This document shows, one piece after another, positions 12,861 through 24,904 of a stretch of DNA of 64,000 nt. The notes beneath the pieces were generated by a model. It was not told the DNA's origin, made no database searches, and was given only the letters and a program-made list of their open reading frames with translations. Position 1 is the stretch's first letter, and the number at the start of each line of letters is the position of its first letter. Both the position numbers and the translations under genes were made by a program. The DNA comes from Octopus sinensis (taxonomy: Eukaryota). The stretch is from positions 36,704,001 to 36,768,000 of the forward strand of contig NC_042999.1 in NCBI RefSeq assembly GCF_006345805.1, given 5' to 3'.

Positions 12861-13031
12861 ATGCTTTCCATGTTTCCGAATGTGTGCAAGTTGTTATGGT
12901 CCAGGAGAGAAACAATGTTTAACTTGTTCTAGTAATTTCATTCTTACAAAAGGTTCTTGTTTCCCCACCCCTTGTTCTATGGGATTTTACCAAGACATCA
13001 ATGGCACTAGCAATAGTCCAATATGCAAAAG
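12861..13031 (+). CDS. Furin/PCSK5-like Cys-rich repeat exon
   Basis: tcttttccag acceptor, ag|gtattt donor. Reads (E)CFPCFRMCASCYGPGEKQCLTCSSNFILTKGSCFPTPCSMGFYQDINGTSNSPICK. Phase 2 in, phase 2 out. Confidence 0.9.
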
Positions 13032-13184
13032 GTATTTAGATAATAACTATGTTGTACCTTTGTTGATTTATATATATATTCATATGTATATTTACAGGTT
13101 TCTGTGTATTTCAGTCTCTATTTAGATAACATTAGTACTTGTGTTGAGGTATATGTCTATATATACCTATATAAACAAAATCAA

Positions 13185-13520
13185 AATCGATCAACATCAA
13201 TGGAAATCGTAGCTGTGATACCAGTGCCGGTGGCACATAAGAGAACCATTCTAACGTGACCTTTGCCAGCGCCGCCCCGACTGCCTCCGTGCCAGTGGTA
13301 CGTAAAAAGCACCATCCGATCGTGGCCATTGCCAGCCTCGCCTGGCCTCCATGCCGGTGGCACGTAAAAAGCACCAATCCAATCGTGGCCATTTGCCAGC
13401 TGCGTCTGGCACCTGTGCCGGTGGCACGTAAAAAGCACCCACTACACTCCTGGAGTGGTTGGCGTTAGGAAGGGCATCCAGTTGTAGAAACTCTACCAGA
13501 TCAAGATTGGAGCCTGGATA
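13185..13520 (+). mobile_element. RTE 3' UTR fragment with four gtgccggtggcac modules
   Basis: About 62-nt modules followed by cactacactcctggagtggttggcgttaggaagggcatcc. Confidence 0.7.
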
Positions 13521-13839
13521 TTGTTGTTCAAGATAGACAAGAAAAGATATGTACTGTCATAGAGCTCAGTTGTTCTGCTGAGGTGACTAACTCATTGGAA
13601 ATCAAAGAGAAAGAGGATTACTATGGGCAACTACTTTGAATCCACCAGCTTCTACATCCAGATTATGAATTCACATTTATATCAATAATCGGTGCACTCA
13701 GTTTTGTGAGTAAATGCCTATGTGACAACTTAGACAAACTAGGTTCTTTAGAAAAAGAAATCAACCAACTAACTTGCATGTTATAAATACCGTCTGCGAG
13801 TGGAACAGTAAAAATATGCAAGATTTTTCTCAAGTTTAA

Positions 13840-14058
13840 CCCTTTAGTGTTCGCATTATTCTGCCAAAATTAATCCATTTTTATCCACATTGTTTTGAAC
13901 TAATCATGCATTATCTTGTAGCTATGAGATTTTGACAAGGTAGCTGTTAATTTTTAAAACGATATTGTAGGGTTGGTGTGAGAGACCAGATCTGGCCAGT
14001 TTGAACATAAAACAGGCAGAATACTTTTGGCCGGATATGGCCGGTTTAAATGCTAAAG
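13840..14058. mobile_element. Second piggyBac-like MITE family (related copy at about 6252-6457)
   Basis: Starts TTAA-ccctttag and ends gctaaag. The related copy ends gctaaagag-TTAA (6458-6461). The internal sequences are visibly similar. Confidence 0.55.
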
Positions 14059-14224
14059 TGTGACATTGCTTTTGTTAATCTACATTCCAACAATGGAACT
14101 TTGTATCTTTATTAGAAACCAGCTCCTTTCTCGGAGGAAGAATTTAAATAATTAAAAGCAGAAGAGAACATACATACATACATACCTATATATGTATGCA
14201 TAGAAGAAAGAAAGTCTTACTAAT

Positions 14225-14600
14225 GTAGACCCAACAGAGAGAGAGAGAGACCAGAAATCCTAGCTGACAGAAACATGATATATGTAGCTATTAAGGATAT
14301 GACAGCAAGAAAAACTCCTGGGCCATCAGGAATCACTGTTGAGAAGCTTAAAATATCTGGTGGTGTTGGATATATAGCCTACTTACTTGCATAGTCAATG
14401 GCCAGGTCATGAAAGTTACAGAAAGAGTTACAGAGAAAGTTAGACTTGATAAGAAGCAGTTCAGTTTTGTGTAAGGGAAAAGTACTAGTTCCTGGTGGGG
14501 CAACTGCAGGAGTATTTGACTAAAAATAAACTTTTGTACTTAGCTTAGCATTCATCAGCCTGGGGAAAGCCTACAACATGGTCCCTCACTCTGTGATCTT
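14225..14600 (+). pseudogene. Highly degenerate RTE reverse-transcriptase fragments
   Basis: gggccatcaggaatcact...aaaatatctggtggtgtt matches the GPSGITAEMLKISGGVG region of the RTE at 47500. Confidence 0.55.
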
Positions 14601-15000
14601 GAAACCACTTATACATATTTATGTATGTCCATATAAAATATATTAGGTGTGCAAGTTAATCTGAGATAATTTTCTGTTCTATTTTTCAAACTACTATCTT
14701 TTTATTCAGTCTCAAAATATTGAATACAGTCTCAAAATGTTGAATACATATGCAAATATCAGCACAAGGAATACTGGTAGGAGATTCCCATCAAAATATC
14801 TGTCACGTGTAAACATGTTTGTTCCTTCTCGAGCCACACCTGGCTCATAGGGCCGGTTTCCCAGTTACCTTGGCGTATAGGTATTTATATGAAACATCTG
14901 ATTTATTATGTACAACCTTCTTCATTCAACAGGTCACAGAAACATGAAGTCCTATATATACATTTTGATGCATGTAAAGTATCTTACTTTTTCTCCACAG

Positions 15001-15128
15001 ATGTCATGAATCCTGTTTGACTTGCCGAGGTTCATCAAGTTTAGACTGCAATCTATGCCGGTCTTCATATATCAAATTTAAAAATGAATGCAAATTAAGC
15101 ACAGCTTCCATTTTCTGCAAAACTGCAG
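15001..15128 (+). CDS. Furin/PCSK5-like last Cys-rich repeat exon
   Basis: ttctccacag acceptor, g|gttaga donor. Reads (R)CHESCLTCRGSSSLDCNLCRSSYIKFKNECKLSTASIFCKTA. Phase 2 in, phase 1 out. Confidence 0.88.
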
Positions 15129-15571
15129 GTTAGAAAAAGTTACAAATTTTATTTTATTAACTTTTCTTTCTCATTTTTTTGTCTTTTTGTTGTTTGTTGC
15201 TGATGTTTTTATTAGTGTTTTTTTTTTGCATATTGTTTTATTTTTTGTTTGTTTTATTGTTTTACTTTTTACCTTGTTACAGTCATTGTACTGTGGCTAT
15301 GCCAGGGCACCTGCTTCAAAGATTCGATCTAATCAACCCCAGTGCTTGTGTTATGTCTGGTACTTTTTCTATTGCTCTCTCTTTGATGAACTGCTACATT
15401 ATGGAAAACAAACATACCCACAGATATACATACATATATGAAGAAAGATTTTTAAAAGATCTAGGAAAACCTGAACCTTTTGAAAAGGAGTGTATGTGTG
15501 AGGGCTTTCAATGTTAATTTTTTCAAGCACACATATTATGGGGTAATCTATATAAAGGAAGTAATATATAT

Positions 15572-15614
<43 letters not shown>

Positions 15615-16548
15615 TTATGTATGTGTCTGTGTTTGTCCCCCCACCATTGCTTGGCAACTGATGTTGGTATGTTTACATCCCTGTAACTTAGCAGTTCAGC
15701 AAAAGTAAGCAATAGATTAAGTACTAGGCTTACAAAAATAAGTCCTGGGGTCGTCGATTGCTTCAACTAAAAGCCCCTTTAAGGCAGTGCTCCAACATGG
15801 TTGCAGTCAAAATGACTGAAACAAGTAAAAAGAGAGTAATACAGAAGTCTCCTCTCTCTGTGCCACCAATGTGATAACCAAGGGGAAGTTTGCTGACTTA
15901 GGCTGATAAAGTTAGTTTAGCATCAGTGTTGTCACTAACATTGCTGTCAGAACACAAAGAGCCAGAAGATATATCACAAGACAACTTACCCAACCATCTT
16001 ACAACTCGATTAATCTCTCACCAAAGCTTTGAAAATGAAATTTGGTCAGCCAAAACATTACAGAAGCCCATTGGATGGTTTGTGGCTGTTATGTGTAACT
16101 TAAATCTCTTTCTCAATTTGACATCACCACCTGATCCTTGGATGCACTTTAGCAGATTCTTTTGTGGCTTCTTCAAGCTGGCTTCTTCAGTATCAACCAA
16201 TGTGTTACAGTAGCTTCCTACCTCTCATCCCACCAGTTTCAGCAGCTCTGAGGTCATAAGTGCTGTTTTCCTCTTCTAACTTAGCCGTGGGGGAAAATAC
16301 TGCAAAAGTATTAATGGGGAATTAATATAGTGATTGACAAAGACACTATTCAGGTGAAATTCCCTTTCATTTGAAGAAAAAATGGATAACCTTAACTATG
16401 TACTGGTCCTCTGAAATTACTCAGGTTTAAGGAAAAATAATAATTTATTGTTTGTTTTGTTAATATGGGAATCTTTATACATTCTCTAACAAGAATTTTG
16501 TATTTATTTTGTAATGGAACTCAGAATCTTTCATTTTTCTCTTTCCAG

Positions 16549-16790
16549 AATGTCTACAACAGCATCAAAATGAAGCAAAAACTCATACAAATTTCACTTT
16601 CCTATTAGTTTTTTTTAGTATAATTCTCTTGATGATTTTTATAAGTTTTATGATATTGTACTTCAGTCTTTCACATCATAAATTTTGCTGGGCTAACAGA
16701 TATGAAAAGGTCGGTGATCAAAGCTCAAACAAATTAGTATTAAGTGGAGATTCAGGAGATGAAGATGAAGAAAAAATTGAAATAAAATAG
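16549..16790 (+). CDS. Furin/PCSK5-like terminal exon: transmembrane helix and cytosolic sorting tail
   Basis: ctttccag acceptor, phase 1. Reads (E)CLQQHQNEAKTHTNFTFLLVFFSIILLMIFISFMILYFSLSHHKFCWANRYEKVGDQSSNKLVLSGDSGDEDEEKIEIK*. The hydrophobic stretch, YxxPhi motif and acidic cluster match furin/PC5B tails. The catalytic domain is not in the window, so orthology is unresolved. Confidence 0.85.
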
Positions 16791-16813
16791 ATGAATGAAT
16801 TATATTTGTATTA

Positions 16814-16819
16814 AATAAA
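16814..16819 (+). promoter_or_regulatory. Candidate polyadenylation signal of the furin-like gene
   Basis: AATAAA about 24 nt after the stop, followed by T-rich sequence. A hexamer in AT-rich DNA is weak evidence. Confidence 0.35.
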
Positions 16820-17044
16820 AGTTATCTTTCATCTAATCGTGATTGTTTTTTTTTTTTCTCTGAATAATCTATAAGAATTAATTTTATGTCTTCATTAACG
16901 ACTGAATTCTATTACAGTATTTTTGTTGTTTTATTCAGTAAATTAATTTTAAATAGAACACACCCACACACATATTCTAGATATTTCCAACATCTCATAT
17001 ATTTTTTAAAATTTATTTTAAACAAAAAAAACTACAAATTAATC

Positions 17045-18063
17045 AATAATATATTCTCCAGTGTTGTTTACGCCTTCCTCCCATCGTTCAATAAGTTTTT
17101 CGATGCCTCAGCAATGGAAATCTCCCAGTCTTGACTCAAAGAATTTATCCAATCAAGCCTGCAATTCCATGGCATTATTGAACAATACACCATGCAAAGC
17201 ATTCTGAAGCAGTCAAAAGAGATGAAAATCTAATGGCGCCAAGTCTGGAGAGTATGGAGGATGAGGCAGCACTTCCCATTCAAGTTCTTGAATCGCGGCT
17301 TTGGTCATATTGGCGATGTGAGAACAGGCATTGTCATATTGCAGAAGAATGCCATTTCACCTGTTCGGCCTTTTTTGCTGAATTGCTTCGTTGAGTTGGC
17401 ACAGTTGTTGAACATAGAGCTCCACATTGAGTGTTTGGTTGCGCTCAAGCAGTTCATAATGAATTATGCCTTCCCAGTCTCACCATACACACAACATGGT
17501 CTTTCAAGGATGAAGGCCTTATTTTGTTCACAGAGTCGCTTGTTTGTTGGGGCTGAGCCATTCTTTTCGCTGCTTCATATTGATGTAAACGCACCATTTT
17601 ACATTATCAGTGACAATGCGGTAAAGAAAACGCTGTTTGTGACCATCTGTTGAGTGATGTTGAGCAAGCAAACTGGCTGCAATTGTGGACCGTTGTATTT
17701 TGTTGTTTACGCTCAAAGTGTGTGGCACCAAGCACCAAGTTTCTGAACCTTGCCCATTGAGTGAAGGTGGATCACAATCCATCTGCTCCACCAATTCTCT
17801 GGTCGTTTGACATAGATTTTCATCAAGAAGTTGATTCAGTCTCTCTTCGAACTCAATTGGTTGACCAGTGTGTGATCCATCCTTAAGGTCAAAATTCCCA
17901 TTTTTGAAGCACAGAAACCAACAGTAGTCAGTACTTTGAGGCATTGCTCCTTCTTCATACACAGCACAAATCTCATGTTTCCCCTTCCAGTATCAGTGTT
18001 CAGCAATTTAAACTTACTGTGAACTCTGCCTTTACTAACTCTAATCTTACATCTATGCTCCAT
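17045..18063 (-). mobile_element. Degenerate mariner transposase (D,D34D-type) relic
   Basis: Minus-strand motifs FLYRIVTDNVKW (IVTGDEKW), LLQYDNACSH (HDNARPH) and HTLQTW/HPPYSPDLAPLDFHLF in shifted frames. TIRs were not recognised. Confidence 0.85.
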
Positions 18064-18974
18064 TTTAGGAAGACCTATGAAGTCACATGTGGAGGCATGT
18101 GGCTTAGTGGTTAGGGTGTCAGCATCATGATCGTAAGATTGTAGTTTCGATTTCTGGACCGGGCGACGCGTTGCGTTCTTGAGCCAAACACTTCATTTCA
18201 CATTGCTCCAGTCCACTCAGCTGGCAAAAATGAGTAACGCTGCAATGGACTGGCACCCCGTCCAGCTGGGGAACACATATACCATTGAAACCGGGAAACC
18301 AGGCCCATGAGCCTGGCTAGGCTTTAAAAGGGCACATTTATTTATTATTATGAAGGCACATGGACTCATGATTGTAAGATCAAGGTTTCAATTTCCAGAC
18401 TGTGCAGTGCATTGTCTTCTTGAGCAAAACACTTCGCTTCACATTGCTCTAGGCCATTCAGATGAGAATGAGTATCAGCAACAGCTGAGGGTTAACCATA
18501 TGACAGACTGATGTTCTGTTCAGTGGGGTCTATTATAAACTTGACCAATTATATGCCATGGAAATTGTAATAAGTTCCAGCCTAATAAACCTGTAAACCT
18601 AAGAAGACTTCATGTAACACCTCAAACCAATGAGGAAGCCTCTATATGGTTACGTGTCTTGCTAGAAATGGCAATGGTCAAATCTCCTTCAAATACTTAA
18701 ATTATACCTTGCCATCTTAAGAAAGGAAACATTGTTTAATATAGTCTAAGGTACAGTATTGCTAAATAAGATAAGACAGGATACACATGATTTGAATACC
18801 CTTGATTATAAGTCTACTAAATCAGAATCAATTTAGGATCAAACAACGACAGGTATAGCCTCTCCTCTTCAAACGAACAAGGAAGAGAAATGCTGTGCAT
18901 CATGTCATTTCCTGTTTATTACAATGTCCAACATTATATCATATCACTAACATTGATCAATGACTGATTATCAG

Positions 18975-19445
18975 CATATAATATATGTAATAATAATGAA
19001 ATCATTGTATACAGTGCACAGGTGCACCACAACTTGTCGAAAGTGCATATAAAGCATATGCAGTAATGTAAAAATGTCTGGAAAGCGAACAGTGTATGAG
19101 TCAGATACATGCTTGCGTGTGTATGGAGGGAAGAAAATCAGGTGTAGTGTTGGCGAATCTCAGGAAGCATGGAAGTTTTGAAGGATGCAGTGCTCCGACA
19201 ACTAACAACTGATGCCGGCAGTTTGTTCCATGCTTCAGCAACTCTCAGCGTGAAAAAATGTTTCCGAAAGTCATGGGAGCTGTGCTGTTATCTGACTTTG
19301 TAAACATGTCCATGGGTGTTAGACAGGTGGAGTTTGAAAAGGTGCTCAGAGTTATTGTTTGTAAGATGGTTAATAATTTTATGGGTGTCTGCCAAGTCAG
19401 CTGCCAGACGTCGGAGTTTCAATGTATCCATGCCCAGGGGAGTAA
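18975..19445 (-). mobile_element. CR1-clade LINE 3' end, 5'-truncated
   Basis: GMDTLKLRRLAADLADTHKII...FKLHLSNTHGHVYKVR, the typical CR1 C-terminus, followed by a 3' UTR. Confidence 0.7.
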
Positions 19446-20867
19446 GGCATTCAGAATATGGCAAATGCCTGATGGAGGGTCTGTGGTAAAGTGTTTGCTT
19501 CCCAAGCACATTGGTTTCCAGTTCAGTCCCACTGAGTGGAAACTTGAGCAAGTTTCTTCTGCTATAGCCCCAAGCCAACAAAAGCCTTGTAAGTGGATTT
19601 GACAGACAGAAACTAAAAGGAGCTGCAAGTGTAAAATATGATTTTATCTGAGAACACAGTTTTCTTTGTGGTCAGACATGGCCTTCCTCAGTTACTAGTG
19701 AACAGCCATCATCTTTGTGTGTTTGTATGTTTTGTTATGTATATGTCTGTGTTTCTGTGTGAATGCATGTGTGCCTTGACATCATTTAGTAATTATAAGC
19801 AAGTGTCTCTATCATGCTAGTGATGTCCTTTATTTCCAATCTTTCAAAACATGCCTGAGTGAAAACAGGTGTGGGTTGACAACAGCAAGAGCATCTAGCC
19901 ATATGAAAATCTGCTTCAATGAATTCAGTCTGTCTCAAACGAGCATGGAAATGGTGGACATTAAATGATGATGATAGCTGGCCTGAGGTAGTTCCCTGGG
20001 GTTTGAGTATTTGGTTTATAACCTTGTAAATTATTAAATACATCAATTTAACTGTCAGCCATGTGATAATTAGATTATTATAAAGATATAAATAAAACAG
20101 ATGGAACATATTCAGTATGCAATAAAATTGCACTAAAATATGCAGCTGACTGTAAAATTGCAGTTGAGTATGCAGACAAATTGGTCTAAAATATGCACTA
20201 AACAGGCACTGTGCATTAAAATATGAAGTGTGCAGTGAACTATGCATCATTCACTAAAATAAGCAATATGTAGCAAAATTGCTTTGTAATATACAGTATT
20301 TAGAAGAATGGTTTAAAAATATGTAGTGTACAATAAAACTACTGTATATTGTGCATTGAAATTGCACTGAAATATGCAATGTACAAAAAATCACATTAAA
20401 GCATGCAGTGTTTGGCAAAATTGCAGTAAAATATGTACAGTATATTGTGAAATTATATGATGAAATTAACTGCTAATTTTCCAAATAATGTTAGTCATTA
20501 TAAACAGAAATATGAGATCAAAAAATAGTGAGCCTGTTTCTCTTTTCTATCTTAAATTGGTGCCAATAAAACAATTTACAGCATGGAAGACATGTTAGTC
20601 ATTCAAAAACACGCACAAAGAAACTGTGTCAGTGACCAGGTCACAACTGGAACAACAGAAATATTTACACCAAATAACGACTCTTTTACTTGTTTCAGTC
20701 ATTTGACTGCGGCCATGCTAGAGCACCGCCTTTAGTCGGGCAAATCAACCCCAGCACTTATTCTTTGTAAGCTTGGTACTTATTCTATCAGTCTCTTTTG
20801 CCGAACTGCTAAGTTACGGGGATGTAAACACACCAGCATCGGTTGTCAAGTGATGTTGGGGGGACAA

Positions 20868-20901
<34 letters not shown>

Positions 20902-22879
20902 GTATATATATATATGTACATATATACGATGGGCTTCTTTCAGTTTCCATCTATAGCCCGAGGCTATAGTAGAAGACACTTGCCCAAGGTACCACGCTGT
21001 GGGACTGAACCCAGAACCATGTGGTTGGTAAGCAAGCTACTTACCACACAGCCACTCCTATGCCTGTTTAAGTGAAGTTAATAATGTGTCTTTTGAATGG
21101 GTATGTCTCTTCCCCTCTGTAATAATCCTTACTACTATAGGCACAAGGCCTGGAAATTGTGGGGAGGGAGATAATCGATTACATCGACCCCAGTACTTGA
21201 CTGGTACTTAATTTATCAATCCCAAAAGGATGAAAGGCAAAGTCGACCTCAGCAGAACTTAAACTCAGAACATAGAGATGGACAAAACGCCACTAAGCAT
21301 CTTGCTCAGATGCTAATGGTTTTACTAGCTCACCACCTTCTTCCACACTGTAGTAATAATATTGTTTCCATTGATAATTAGTGCAGCCAACTCCATATAA
21401 ATTTTACCCTTTTTTTAGAAGATTTGTTGGTAAATAGAGCTACTTTGTAATATATCAGAGTTTTTTGTTTTTTTTATGCGCCCTTTTCAAGTCTAGCCTG
21501 GCTCATGGGCCTGGTTTCCCAGTTTCTGTGGCGTATGTGTTCCTCCCAGCTGGACGGGATGCCAGTCCATCACAGCATTACCCAAGAAACAGGAAGAAAG
21601 AGTGAGAGAAAGTTGGGACGAAAGAGTACAACAGAGGTCGCCACCACCCCCTGCCAGAGCCTCGTGAAGCTTTTAGGTGTTTTCGTTCAATAAACACACA
21701 CAACGCCCTGTCTGGGAATCGAAACCGTGATTCTCTCACCGCAAGTTCCCTGCTCTAACCACTGGGCCATTGCGCCTCCTATCACAGTTTTAGATTTTTT
21801 AAAAATTGTTTATTAAATATAGTAAATCACAGAGAAATAATGACTGATTAAATTTATTTTGAGTATTGAACATTATCTATATGATAATTAAACAAACACG
21901 TAGGTGAAAATAAATTTAATAATTAACACATGAAGCAGATAAATTATCTTTTATCTTTTACTTATTTCAGCCATTGAACTACAGTCATGCTGAGATAATA
22001 CCTCAGAGGGTTGTACTTATGAGTAAAACATTTTTTTTTTATCATGTTGCACAATTCTTCTCAGCTGAAATGAGGATCATCTGAGTGCTTTCTCTCCTTG
22101 ATGTCACATCCTCAATGTCTTGAGTCAATGGTAGAAGGACAAAGAGGATGTCCATGTCTGCGCATGACCAAAAAAAGGGACACCTAAAACAATTAGTGAA
22201 AGCATGGTACATGCAACCAAATCATATTTGCTAACACGATTGGGTATGGTTACATGGTCATCAAACCAAATGATGAATGAAGTAATGATGTACAAAACAC
22301 TTTCTGAGAACATGGTACTGCTAACAATTGACTGGAATTCTTTTACTAACATTTATAGTAACATGGAACATACATTGGAATTTGACATGATATAGTTGAA
22401 AGATTAAGCATAAAAAGTAGGCTAGCACTGATACGTAGATAACAATGGAAGAAACAACTAGAATACAGATGTTTTAAGTATGTACTATTGTATACAATTA
22501 GTGTGTACTATTGTATACAATTATTTAATGAAAACTTTTTGAACTGACTGCTTTATACTTTCAGAATTTGAAACCAAAACTTAATTCAATAAATTGAATA
22601 GCACAGAAGCCACATGATTAAATGCATCACAAATCCCTCTCTCTCTCTTTCGGAGAGGCACTGAGCAGCTATACACACACGGCAGTAACTTCCACCTAGC
22701 GAATTCAATCACAAAGCTCCGGTCGGCTCAGGGCTATAGTGGAAGACACCTACCCAACGTATAGAATATAGAATAGACATAACTAATGGGAGTTTGTTTT
22801 GGAGAGTGGGGAAATTATCAAGAGTAAGTAACAGTGCCTATGGCTTTTGTAGCCTTCTCGAACCAGTGAAATTGTGTGC

Positions 22880-23455
22880 TGAGTGACATTGCTGTGTTTA
22901 CTTTGCAAGTTATGAAATTTGTGATCACATGTATGCTGTAGTCTGTGATTTTTGTTATGGAAAGAAAGTTGGAACAAAGAGCAAGCAGGAAATTTTGCAT
23001 TAAACTTGGGAAGTCTACTACAGAGACATTGAGCATGCTTTGGCAAGCTTATGGCGACAAGGCAATGGGTCATATGCAATGTTTTGAGTGGCATGAGTAC
23101 AAGACAGAGTCACAGCTCAATCAAGAGCATCCTCGCATGTAAAACCGTGCCGGTGTCATGTAAAAAGCACCCGCTACACTCTCGGAGTGGTTGGCATTAG
23201 GAAGGGCATCCAGCTGTGGAAACTCTGCCAAATCATCATTGGAGCCTGGTGCAACCATCTGGTTCACCAGCCCTCAGTCAAAATCGTCCAACCCAGGCTA
23301 GCATGGAAAGCGGACGTTAAACGATGATGATGATGTGGTATTGTGCATCAAGAATTCAAACCCATGGCCAGATCATCAGTCAAGTGTTCTACTGCGGCAT
23401 ATTGAAGCATTTGAAAGAGAACATTCAATGAAAGTGACAGGATCTATGGAGTGCA
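22880..23455 (+). mobile_element. Second mariner relic (HTH plus mid-domain), interrupted by an RTE tail at about 23135-23333
   Basis: MERKLEQRASRKFCIKLGKSTTETLSMLWQAYGDKAM...FEWH, then GIVHQEF...FYCGILKHLKENI-like sequence after the insert. Confidence 0.75.
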
Positions 23456-23666
23456 AATTGGATTACTCTTTTACTTCTTTCAGTCAGTTGACTGTGGCCA
23501 TGCTGGAGTACCACCTTTAGTCGAGCAAATTGACCCCAGGACTTATTCTTTGTAAGCCTAGTACTTATTCTATCTGTCTCTTTTGCCGAACTGCTAAGTT
23601 ATGGGGATGTAAACACACCAGCATCGGTTGTCAAGCGATGTTGGGAGGACAAGCACAGACACACAA

Positions 23667-23701
<35 letters not shown>

Positions 23702-24786
23702 CAATGGGCTTCCCTCAGTTTCCGTCTACCAAATCCACTCACAAGGCTTTGGTCGGCCCGAGGCTACAGTAGAAGACACTTGTCCAAGGTGCCACGCAGT
23801 GGGACTGAACCCAGAACCATGTGGTTGGTAAGCAAACTACTTACCACACAGCCACTCCTGCACCCTGATAAATAACTTAGGTAAATGAGTTATTTTTTTA
23901 TTAAACATAACTTGTCCAGGAAACTTTTGCTACATATGATTATAAGAAGGTATGCATGGGTGCTTTTTACATGACACTAGCACAGGTTCTGTTTGTGTGA
24001 TATCAGTGTGGGTGCCTTTTACATGATGCCAGCACATGTACTTTTTACATGGCACCAACACATGTTCTTTTTTCATGGCATCTACACAAGTACTTTTCAT
24101 GTGGAACCAGCACTTGTGGGGTTGCCTGGTAGCTTGCAAGACAAGGATCTCCCAGCTGAGAGAGGGAGTGAAACTAAGAGAAGAGGTCATGTGTCAGGCG
24201 CAAGGCTGGAGTATGTTAGAGGGACAGGGATAGCTGTCTTACTACAGAGGAAATACTTGGGTACCCCAGTAGGACAAGGAAGGAGAGGGAGGTGGGGAAG
24301 AGTTAGAAAGAAAGGGAGAGAGATGGGGCTTACCCATAGGGAACAGCAGTGGCGGGGGGGGGGGGAGTATAAATAGTTAGAGTGGATAGAGGGGGTGTTC
24401 CATAAAAGTGTGAGGGGCAATATTTTGAGATAGCAAGTGATTGTGAAAGGAATTGAAGTGGCTAGGAAGTGGGTATGATAGATATGGTCCATTCTGTCGA
24501 GTTTTGCTATCTATTTTCTTCCATCTTAAAAGTGTATGTATCCAATTTTCTAAGCTGTCTTTGCAGCCATCCTACATTCAAGAATTCCCTTATTTTCTGA
24601 AGATTATTTACTCACTTGATACTTCTAAGTTTGTTTACAATATATGTATGTATATATATATGTATGTATATATATATATATATATATAACGGGAAGCTTT
24701 ATGAAAATAGACAAAAGACAAAGGCAGGTGGAAAACAAACAAACAATTGTATTAGTATGGCGCTCAGGAAATATAAATAAAACAAG

Positions 24787-24824
24787 TCTTTAACGTTTCG
24801 AGCCTACGCTCTTCAACAGAAAGA
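24787..24824 (-). ncRNA. Degenerate minimal hammerhead-like motif in a PLE terminal remnant
   Basis: Minus strand reads UCUUU-CUGUUGA-A-GAGC-GUAG-GCUC-GAA-ACGU-U-AAAGA. The A6U change is probably inactivating. Confidence 0.55.
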
Positions 24825-24904
24825 TACACAGAGAGAAAAAAAACACAGAAAGAAGGAGAGAAAAAAAATGCGTGCAGTAACTAACGAATCAACATGGCGA
24901 TCTG

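Noticed and set aside
13032-13125. Hydrophobic read-through extension of the 12861 exon as an alternative membrane anchor
   Set aside because: The hydrophobicity comes from a (TA)-rich intron, and the donor joins in phase to the next exon.
13225-13440. CRISPR array (palindromic ~25-nt repeat with 30-40-nt spacers)
   Set aside because: The spacers are homologous to each other, there are no cas genes, the context is eukaryotic, and the array is part of an RTE 3' UTR.
15926-16213. ORFs on both strands in the last furin-like intron
   Set aside because: No recognisable family motif or splice signals in phase. Probably an old repeat.
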